The notes below the pieces were generated by a model, which was given only the letters and a program-made list of their open reading frames with translations, was not told where the DNA came from and did not search any database. DNA of 64,000 nt from Chitinivibrionales bacterium (lineage in GTDB: Bacteria > Fibrobacterota > Chitinivibrionia > Chitinivibrionales > WJKA01). The stretch spans positions 1 to 64,000 of the forward strand of contig JBBRUX010000009.1 of assembly GCA_038247415.1 (NCBI GenBank). The letters run 5' to 3'. Positions within the stretch are counted from its first letter, which is position 1, and every line of letters starts with the position of its first letter. A program made the position numbers and the translations under genes. Below are positions 56,788 to 64,000 of this stretch, piece after piece.

Positions 56788-59700
56788 CTATCTGCCCGAC
56801 ATCATACCATGTTGCTGGGTAAGTCCATCGGGTTGATCGATGGGGCCAGTTCCTTCGAAGTCAAAACTCGCAGAGAAAAGAAAACGATCTCCACCAAGCG
56901 GCGCAGGGCGGTCTAACCCTCGATCCCATTTTATTTGGAATGAGAGCGGAATGCGTCCGAAGGTTTGAGTTTCAAGACGTATCTCTGCCCCCGCGGAGAG
57001 GAGCCACTTGTCGCGGATTGCAGAAACATCGGATAGCGTAGCGAATCCTGCTCCTGCATTTACATTAAAAGCGCCATACAGGTGGTTAAAGTAGATAACA
57101 CCAAGAGACCTGTTGATTGCCCCTGGCCATAAGGGAAAGCGATAGGAAGCGCTTAAATGTGCAACCGCGTTCCCTGCTACGAGCCCCTTCAAATAGGGAA
57201 CAAGCTTTTTAGCTGCGGTATCGTTGAGGGTATCACGTTCGTAATAAGCATATCCTGGCTGCAAAAGCATCTCTGGTTGGTAATAATAAGGAAATGTAGT
57301 TTTATCGGAGTCCCAGATTTTAAGTGGCCTAACTGCAGCTGCCCCTGCACCAACAAAGAGAGTATGTTTTGCATACCACGGTGTTTCTAACCCGAAATTG
57401 AGCAGCGAGCTGAATCGGTGAAACGGGAAATTATTATAGCGCTCTTGCCCATTGTTTCCAAATGATTGTTCATCGCTAATAAGCTTTTGGTCTTGAAGTT
57501 CATATTGAATTCTTGCTGCAAATCCCCGAGGATCAATGAGATCTGTGGCGGAAGGGTTGGATGCTGACGCTGCTGCAAAAACACCTAATCGATATCCATT
57601 TTGTATGTTGTACTTAAAGGTCAGCTTAGATCCAACAATTGCATCTTCTATGAGTGTTACATCAGTTTTATTATAGGCAGCAAAAATTCGCACGGCAGCA
57701 GCATCTCTGCTTGACGGATCGTTCTTTTCGCCAATTACAGCAATTTGCAAAGATGCAGCATAGGGCGTTACATTGTAGGGAAGTATTTGAATTGCTTGTG
57801 CAGCTTCGTTATAAAACTGATCTGCCCCCGTAATTCCCCGCTGCATGTAGCTCAACATAATCGGCGTATAAAAGAGGTTAGACTTTATAAAGCACCCGAG
57901 ATCGTAATCAACCAGGGGGCTAATGAGGCCACGGTCACTAAAAAATTGCAGAATTTTTAAAGGGTCAAGCAAGAAATAACCATTGATTTCGTTTCCCGTT
58001 GCGCCAGTGAGCGCAAAAGGATCAAACCAGTTTACAATTACGCCACCCTTTATAGAAGTTTTTCCGGCAAAAATGTTGTTATCTTGGGTAACTGCTTGTT
58101 CGCCATACAGCATTGGTACAAATGCAACTTTCCGAGGTGCAAGGGAGTAACTGCGGTGTTTTGATAGCGTGGCAGTGCGTTGATACGGGACAAAGCTTTC
58201 GCGAGGTGCAAGCGTGCTTGAATCGGGAGCAAACTTCTTAACGACAACAATCGAATCGAGCAGGTAAATGCTGTAGCCATTTTCATCGTAGCCTGAGTAA
58301 ACGAGCTTTTTGCCATCGTTTGAAACGTCGGGATAAAATGCACCGCCTGAAACATTGGTAACCTGTTCTAGCGAAGAATTTACAAGATTATAACGATATA
58401 TATTAAAAATACCGCTGCGATCTGAGGAAAAATAAAGCCACTGTCCATCCTTAGAAAATCGTACGTCCCGTTCGTCGCCTTTTGTATCGCATAGAACAGA
58501 AACTGATTTTTTGAGCGTATCGTAAAGGGCGATTTTTCTGTTGTGACGATCTATATAGCTAAATGCAATCTGTGAACCAGAAGGAGCCCATGAAAGATTA
58601 TACACGGTTGCAATAGATTGATCTGGATTTGTTGAATCGGGGTAAATGCGGCGGATATTTTTTCCAGAAGTATCGGTTAACAAAAGATATCCACGATCTC
58701 GATCGGTTACGGCAGCAGCTATTCGCGTACCGTCATTAGAAATGGCAGCGTAGGTTGTATTGAGCTTTTCTGTAATTTGCTTTGGTTTCTTGTTAGTAAA
58801 AAGAGAAGCAAGAGATGTGGGTTTTGTATCGGGGGGTAAGGTGTCGATAAAAATATCTTTAACTCGGCCACTGCCTTTTTCTGGCGATAGCTCCGATGTG
58901 CGTGATTTTGCGCTTGTGTAAACGATGTGTTTGCTAACCGGGCTAATAGAGAAAAAATCACGCGCAGCAGATGCCTCGGCCTTGATTTTCTTATCTGCTG
59001 GAACGGTATCTATCAGAGAATACGAATACAGCTTTCGGGCAATAGTATAATCGGCTTTGTCGTTAGAAATAAAATAGACTTTTTTATCATCGGGAGAGAA
59101 CGTAGGCCACACATTATGAAAACCATCTTTATTTATTTTCTTGCCATACACCTGCAGACCTAATGAACTCAGCTGGGCAGTATATCGCTTTTCTAGCCAT
59201 CGTTGCCAATTACTATAGAGCGTTTGCGAAGAAATTCCCAATACGGCTTTAATTGAGCGTTCAAAATTGATTCGGTTTATTTTTGTAGATTCTTTGCAAA
59301 GTGCAACAACGGTTTGGAATCCATACGTTTCTGCAATGTATCGTACCATCGAAAATCCATGATCGTAGGTTTTTTCGAAGTCATCCCCTTTTCCGGCAAA
59401 ATTAGACATGCGGTAGTAAGGAAGAAGCTTTTTAGAAAGCGTAAGGGTTCTTAGAATCATGTCACGATGGGTATCCCAATCATCGCCATTATTGCGGCTG
59501 CTTTCGTATTGTGCTATTCCTTCATAAAACCACGGCGGAAGAACTTCAATAGGCATCATGTGCACTATTTCTGCACGATAATTTCGGTTGGGATGGGCAA
59601 AGTATCCAAATTGAATTGCAGGGATATTTGAAGGCAATTTATGTGCTGCCGTGATAGACAAAATGTGTGCGTATTCGTGTGCGCATACGTCAAGCATCCA

Positions 59701-60078
59701 GTCGTGAGTGCCGCGCAGGTTAAAATCGAATGCGCTTTCGGATAAAACTATTGTGTTAAAATTATCGTATGCTCCACCATTTCCTTCTTGGTCATTGATA
59801 AGTACTATTTCGGTTTTGGCGGGGAGTGTAAGGTGGTATGTTTCGCGGTAGGTGGTGTAGAGATTCTCAAATATCGAAGCAATATCTTTTGCAGTAGACT
59901 CTATACCTTGGTGGTAATTAATACGAAAGTGGTCGGTTTCGAAGGTATAAAAGGCCATTCCAACGGGGTTTAATTGAGCAAAAAGTGTGCTTGGCAGCAC
60001 GATACATAAGCAAAGCAACCCTGTTTTTAAAAAGTTTCGAATTCGCACTGCCGCGGTCTCCCTTATATTATTTAACAA
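56788..60078 (-). CDS. Gluzincin-like metallopeptidase + TolB/PD40 propeller + Omp85-like C-terminal barrel fusion
   Basis: 'ETDHFRINY', HEYAH...WFYEGIAQY; PD40 repeats (FSPD, WAPSG, FSKDG, VSNDG); C-terminal 'AGAEIRL'. Confidence 0.8.
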   Translation of the reverse strand: MLNNIRETAAVRIRNFLKTGLLCLCIVLPSTLFAQLNPVGMAFYTFETDHFRINYHQGIESTAKDIASIFENLYTTYRETYHLTLPAKTEIVLINDQEGNGGAYDNFNTIVLSESAFDFNLRGTHDWMLDVCAHEYAHILSITAAHKLPSNIPAIQFGYFAHPNRNYRAEIVHMMPIEVLPPWFYEGIAQYESSRNNGDDWDTHRDMILRTLTLSKKLLPYYRMSNFAGKGDDFEKTYDHGFSMVRYIAETYGFQTVVALCKESTKINRINFERSIKAVLGISSQTLYSNWQRWLEKRYTAQLSSLGLQVYGKKINKDGFHNVWPTFSPDDKKVYFISNDKADYTIARKLYSYSLIDTVPADKKIKAEASAARDFFSISPVSKHIVYTSAKSRTSELSPEKGSGRVKDIFIDTLPPDTKPTSLASLFTNKKPKQITEKLNTTYAAISNDGTRIAAAVTDRDRGYLLLTDTSGKNIRRIYPDSTNPDQSIATVYNLSWAPSGSQIAFSYIDRHNRKIALYDTLKKSVSVLCDTKGDERDVRFSKDGQWLYFSSDRSGIFNIYRYNLVNSSLEQVTNVSGGAFYPDVSNDGKKLVYSGYDENGYSIYLLDSIVVVKKFAPDSSTLAPRESFVPYQRTATLSKHRSYSLAPRKVAFVPMLYGEQAVTQDNNIFAGKTSIKGGVIVNWFDPFALTGATGNEINGYFLLDPLKILQFFSDRGLISPLVDYDLGCFIKSNLFYTPIMLSYMQRGITGADQFYNEAAQAIQILPYNVTPYAASLQIAVIGEKNDPSSRDAAAVRIFAAYNKTDVTLIEDAIVGSKLTFKYNIQNGYRLGVFAAASASNPSATDLIDPRGFAARIQYELQDQKLISDEQSFGNNGQERYNNFPFHRFSSLLNFGLETPWYAKHTLFVGAGAAAVRPLKIWDSDKTTFPYYYQPEMLLQPGYAYYERDTLNDTAAKKLVPYLKGLVAGNAVAHLSASYRFPLWPGAINRSLGVIYFNHLYGAFNVNAGAGFATLSDVSAIRDKWLLSAGAEIRLETQTFGRIPLSFQIKWDRGLDRPAPLGGDRFLFSASFDFEGTGPIDQPDGLTQQHGMMSGR

Positions 60079-63000
60079 CTGCCATTTTCCAAAACTCAGT
60101 TACTTTCGATCCGTTGACTTTTGCTTCCATACGGCACCGATACACTCCTCGTCCAATATTCTTAAGGCTGATATTGTGTGGAAGCTCGTTCCAGCTTGTC
60201 CAATTCGCTTTAAAAGTTTTGGGATCGGCAATCCATGAGTAAATATGAAAACCGGTCATGGTAAAAATATCGAGACGAATATCGGTTGCAGGGCCACTCA
60301 ATTTGAATCTCACCTGAACTTCCGAAACATCCTGTGCTGGATTTGGGTAGCTATAAAATTGTAGCGCTTTTCCAGATGCTTGTGCTGTGGCAACACCGGG
60401 TGGTGCTGCTGTAAAGGTTCTTTCTGCCGTGGCACCTTGCGATGCCCAGGGAACAGATCCGATATGGGAAATTCCCCAGGCATGGATAAATCCGTCTGCA
60501 GAGGCAACCGCCACTAATCCGCTGCTGTCAAAGGAATTATAGCTGATGACAGGTGGCGAAAGAGCGCTCGATCCAATCGATTGTGGCCAAAATGATTGAC
60601 GTTCTGCACCTGTTGGGCCAGGGGTAGCTACAAAGACCGGCCGTTTACCAGAAGCGTCAATAGCATCAAGATAGCCTCCCGGTACAATATAGTCGGCCAC
60701 TAAAGAATCATTGAGTCGAAGGATCGTGTCGATGGTTGCTTTTGACCCGCTCAAAGAATCGATGGTTTTATTAGGTCTTGTAAAGTAAACGCGTGTTTTC
60801 GCGCTATTTGTACTATCTACTTTAAAAAAGGCAAAAGTAGCTTTTTCTCCTGTTGGCGAAGAAAACAGCATGCGGGGCGCGCCCGACGGCAGCTTTATAA
60901 TGGTTGGTGTTGTGTGTACCGATCCGCGCCAATACCAAAATTTTCTGTCGAGGTATGATGGCCAGCCGTATAAAAGAACCGCTTTGTAATTGTATGCATA
61001 AATGCCATTTGTTCCACCAACAATAATGTCAAGAAATCCATCGCCATCTATATCTGCTAAAGATGGGGTCCCAAAGTTTACAGGGTATTGGCTACGGTCG
61101 TTTTTGTTGGTACTTTCGGAAGTATTGTAAAGCGAGGCCCAATCGAGCGGGGATTCGTTCCATCCAAAGGCCGGGGTAAGCGATTGATTCAGGCACCAGG
61201 TACCCTGTCGGCTGTCAACAACGATAATTTCCAGGGAAGTGTCATTGTTGATATCCCCGGTAACAAGTTTGTATGGGGGAATTCCTTTTTTTAGAGCACC
61301 CGAGGCTAGTATCGCATGGGTTGAGGCATTGAGTATGTAAATTGACCCATTTTCAAGAATTGCAACAATACTGCGAGGACTTTTTTCCAGAGCTGCTACT
61401 GCGTTGACTGCTACATTTCCCGGCAAACGAAGCGAATCGAATGCAGTAAGTGAAGTGTTCCCAAAAATTACAAGCCCATGACGTGTTCCAAGAGCCCAAT
61501 TTGGATTTTCATAACCGCACAAGGGTGTTGAAATAGTATCGGGCAATGCAAGAACTCGGAATGCAAGTGTTGCAGTGGTATCATGCAGCGCACTAGAATC
61601 GGAGTTGCTTATGCTGTCAAGTGCAATAATAGAATTACCTGCAGGAATAAAAAGCCCGTTATTAAGTACTGTGGGGATTTCGGTGGGTTGAGCTGGTAAT
61701 GTTAACGAATACAGCGTATCTTGGGTGCGTAAAGAATCTAGTCGAGTAGAATCTGAAAAAATTGTTCCCGACGTTGCAACAAACCCAGTGCGAGTGCCAT
61801 ATGTTTTGGAAGAAGCTGATGCTGGCCAGAGATAGATTTTTGAGCTGTGAGTAGTAACAATTATTTCTGCGGCAGAATCCGATTTGTCGAGATTGCAAAA
61901 AACCGGATCGAAGGCGGTATCTGCGGGGGCAATGCGATGAGGCCAGCCCCCAATGCGAACGGGGACAGCATCGGTGTTTGTGGGGGAAGATGCTGGGAGC
62001 GGCTGCCCCCAAGAAATTCCTACTGTAAAGATAGAGTCGGCAAAATCTTCTACGTAGTAATCTCGAATTGCCATAGTCTCGCTCAGAGGTGTTGAAACCG
62101 AGCGAATGGTTAGGGAAAGCCCCGAATGTGAACCATCGTTGAGTCGAGTTGCAGGACGTGAATAGGGACCCATTGAATCGATAGTGGTTGCTGTTTCGAT
62201 GCCTTTTTTGGTCTTTTTAACACGATGGGGGAATACGTCCTCCGAGCCACCCCAATCGTATGCAGCTTGAAATAGTGCATCGGAAAAAGAGATCCCAAGA
62301 TCAGATACCCCATCGGCTTCAACAAGACTTACACCCCGAAAAAGTGAATCTGCGTTAATGAGGTTATATTTCAATCGTTCTCGGATTATTCTATCGTCAA
62401 TGTGCCATACGCATACCCCGGATGCTGGTAATCCGATATCATAATTTTTAACGCGGGAAATGCAGTTGCTTTGTGCCGTGGTGTTGAGTGCAGCATCTGA
62501 TAAATTGACATTATAAGGATACGAAGAAATGAATATTTTTTTTGCATCGTCAAAAGAAGTGTCGTGATTAAAAACACTTTCGCTTGCGGACAGATTTCGT
62601 TGACGATTTTCGAGTAGATAATATTCATGATCGGAGAGGGGGATCATGATCATGGTGGTGTCTTGGACAGATGAATCGGATTGCATAAGAGCTTTGAGCC
62701 GAAGAGACGTAGAATAGCCAGGCTTAACAAGTAAAGGTCTATCCCATCCCATAAACATGCGTACCCATGCAGAGGGCCACGGAGGAATAAAACCATTGCC
62801 GGCCGAGTAGCCTGCAAAATCCATTAAGCAAAAAGCTCCAATCGCAGGAAGTCCGCTGGGTGAATACAGATCCGGGATCCCTATAGCTCGAGCAATTTGA
62901 TTAGCGAGAATCCCATGGATTCCCCAATTAAGGGAATCCTGGTTTGAGGTTTCGCTTACAATCATTACTTCGTCCAAAAGCAATTGAGATCCATTGTGGT

Positions 63001-63883
63001 TAACTGAAACACCCGCAGTGTCAAGTTTAAGGGTGTCTTTAAATGCCTTGAAAAAATCGCGCGAAATAAAATTATCAATCATATCTGATTGTGAATTGCG
63101 GGCGAGCGAACCTCCGGTTCCACCATCAGTAAGGTATGATGATCCTGCATGAAATATCATGAGGAGGGCTTTGTGTCCAGTTTGCTTATCAGTAAATATT
63201 CCGGTTTTAGGATCTTGCACTAAACGAGAAAGCCAAGCAGTATCCTTTTGTGAAGAAATAGCCCGTAGCGCATCTACCACAAAATCCATGAGGCCAATTG
63301 TTTTACGATAATAAAAGTCGTTTTCTGTTTCTTTGGCTTTTTTTTCGGCAGGAGAGTAGTGCATCATTTGATTGGGAACAGAATCGGCAGTGGTGCGGCC
63401 CGAAGGAAATACTTCTGATTGTAGGATCAAACGCCCTTTGGAGACTTTTTTAAAGTAGTCCGCTACAAATGCAAGCTGATGTGCGCAATACAGAGAGTCG
63501 TGAGGAAGATTGTCGTATTTGTACGCTGGTTTAGTTCCCGAATACCACTTGAGTTCGCGAGCGTCGTCGGCTAGGCCAAAAATTCCAGTACCTGTTGTTA
63601 ACGTACTCGAATCTTTCTTGAATTGTACTCGAAAAGCAAAAATCTGAAGGGTTTCGGGCTCAACTGCACTCGATTCGAAGAGCCGGGGTGCAGAATAGAT
63701 TGTTGGAAGCATCCCCTTGGTAGACATGCCCTTAAAAAGTGTGGCCGGCGCGCTAGCAATTGTTGCAGGAATAATAAAGAGCAACAGCATAAACCATCTA
63801 TACGAGATGGTACAAAAAGAAACCTTACGAATAGTGCGATAAATATGCATTCGATTGTGCCAGTCCAAATTGAGGTGGTTCAT
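60068..63883 (-). CDS. Secreted M6 (immune inhibitor A)-like protein with FG-GAP/VCBS repeats and a T9SS-type C-terminal domain; zinc motif degenerate
   Basis: 'FHAG', 'NQIARAIGIPDLY', 'G.FCLMD', 'SAW.R..MGW', 'EYYLLENRQ', 'WHID'; GDINND and ADIDGDG repeats; 'YSYPNP...IF...G...G.Y...K'. Confidence 0.82.
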   Translation of the reverse strand: MNHLNLDWHNRMHIYRTIRKVSFCTISYRWFMLLLFIIPATIASAPATLFKGMSTKGMLPTIYSAPRLFESSAVEPETLQIFAFRVQFKKDSSTLTTGTGIFGLADDARELKWYSGTKPAYKYDNLPHDSLYCAHQLAFVADYFKKVSKGRLILQSEVFPSGRTTADSVPNQMMHYSPAEKKAKETENDFYYRKTIGLMDFVVDALRAISSQKDTAWLSRLVQDPKTGIFTDKQTGHKALLMIFHAGSSYLTDGGTGGSLARNSQSDMIDNFISRDFFKAFKDTLKLDTAGVSVNHNGSQLLLDEVMIVSETSNQDSLNWGIHGILANQIARAIGIPDLYSPSGLPAIGAFCLMDFAGYSAGNGFIPPWPSAWVRMFMGWDRPLLVKPGYSTSLRLKALMQSDSSVQDTTMIMIPLSDHEYYLLENRQRNLSASESVFNHDTSFDDAKKIFISSYPYNVNLSDAALNTTAQSNCISRVKNYDIGLPASGVCVWHIDDRIIRERLKYNLINADSLFRGVSLVEADGVSDLGISFSDALFQAAYDWGGSEDVFPHRVKKTKKGIETATTIDSMGPYSRPATRLNDGSHSGLSLTIRSVSTPLSETMAIRDYYVEDFADSIFTVGISWGQPLPASSPTNTDAVPVRIGGWPHRIAPADTAFDPVFCNLDKSDSAAEIIVTTHSSKIYLWPASASSKTYGTRTGFVATSGTIFSDSTRLDSLRTQDTLYSLTLPAQPTEIPTVLNNGLFIPAGNSIIALDSISNSDSSALHDTTATLAFRVLALPDTISTPLCGYENPNWALGTRHGLVIFGNTSLTAFDSLRLPGNVAVNAVAALEKSPRSIVAILENGSIYILNASTHAILASGALKKGIPPYKLVTGDINNDTSLEIIVVDSRQGTWCLNQSLTPAFGWNESPLDWASLYNTSESTNKNDRSQYPVNFGTPSLADIDGDGFLDIIVGGTNGIYAYNYKAVLLYGWPSYLDRKFWYWRGSVHTTPTIIKLPSGAPRMLFSSPTGEKATFAFFKVDSTNSAKTRVYFTRPNKTIDSLSGSKATIDTILRLNDSLVADYIVPGGYLDAIDASGKRPVFVATPGPTGAERQSFWPQSIGSSALSPPVISYNSFDSSGLVAVASADGFIHAWGISHIGSVPWASQGATAERTFTAAPPGVATAQASGKALQFYSYPNPAQDVSEVQVRFKLSGPATDIRLDIFTMTGFHIYSWIADPKTFKANWTSWNELPHNISLKNIGRGVYRCRMEAKVNGSKVTEFWKMAVVK

Positions 63884-63937
63884 GACTGATTTTAAACAGC
63901 AGCAAACTATGGCTCTGCTACTGTTTGCAAACTGGTG

Positions 63938-64000
63938 CTAAAACTTAACAATAAGGGATACACGAGGCTGGCCGTCACGCACGCCATGACTACCCTCGTA
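63938..64000 (-). CDS. C-terminal end of an upstream gene, probably an outer-membrane barrel (PorV-like is possible)
   Basis: YEGSHGVRDGQPRVSLIVKF* ends in an amphipathic strand with terminal Phe. Confidence 0.45.
   Translation of the reverse strand, partial: YEGSHGVRDGQPRVSLIVKF

Noticed and set aside
163..63889. Numerous 60-200 aa ORFs overlapping longer genes in other frames or strands
   Set aside because: Shadow ORFs of well-supported genes, with no motifs or RBS.

Overview
A gene-dense, moderately AT-rich chromosomal segment from a diderm bacterium. The gene repertoire (one-Cys DksA, DUF3098, PorV-like barrels, a T9SS-type C-terminal domain, DUF4912-GH57, LmtA) points to the FCB group, possibly Fibrobacterota/Chitinivibrionia; that placement is inference. 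The window holds housekeeping genes (mltG, dksA, pdxJ, miaA, pit/DUF47, bcp, ptsP, a SurA-like PPIase), three tRNAs (Asp-GTC, Val-TAC, Val-CAC), many envelope proteins and several signalling proteins. A small variable region at about 22-35 kb carries a deletion-fused toxin-antitoxin relic, a GC-rich structured element with inverted ends, lipoproteins, a large papain-family protease, a deleted mntH, a tandem USP and a form IV RuBisCO-like protein. The strongest candidates for undescribed biology are: (1) a ParA ATPase-TM-LysM-like-M23 peptidase fusion downstream of a kinase and a degenerate receiver; (2) an operon with an M6 pseudo-protease carrying a T9SS-type tail and a gluzincin-TolB-Omp85-like fusion; (3) a BamH/BamG-like gene pair followed by a histone-H1-like DUF4912 protein and a GH57 branching enzyme; (4) a five-unit 11-bp Pho-box-like array; (5) a circularly permuted jelly-roll domain. 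No CRISPR array, rRNA, integrase or intact transposase was seen. All family assignments come from motif recognition by eye; no searches were run.
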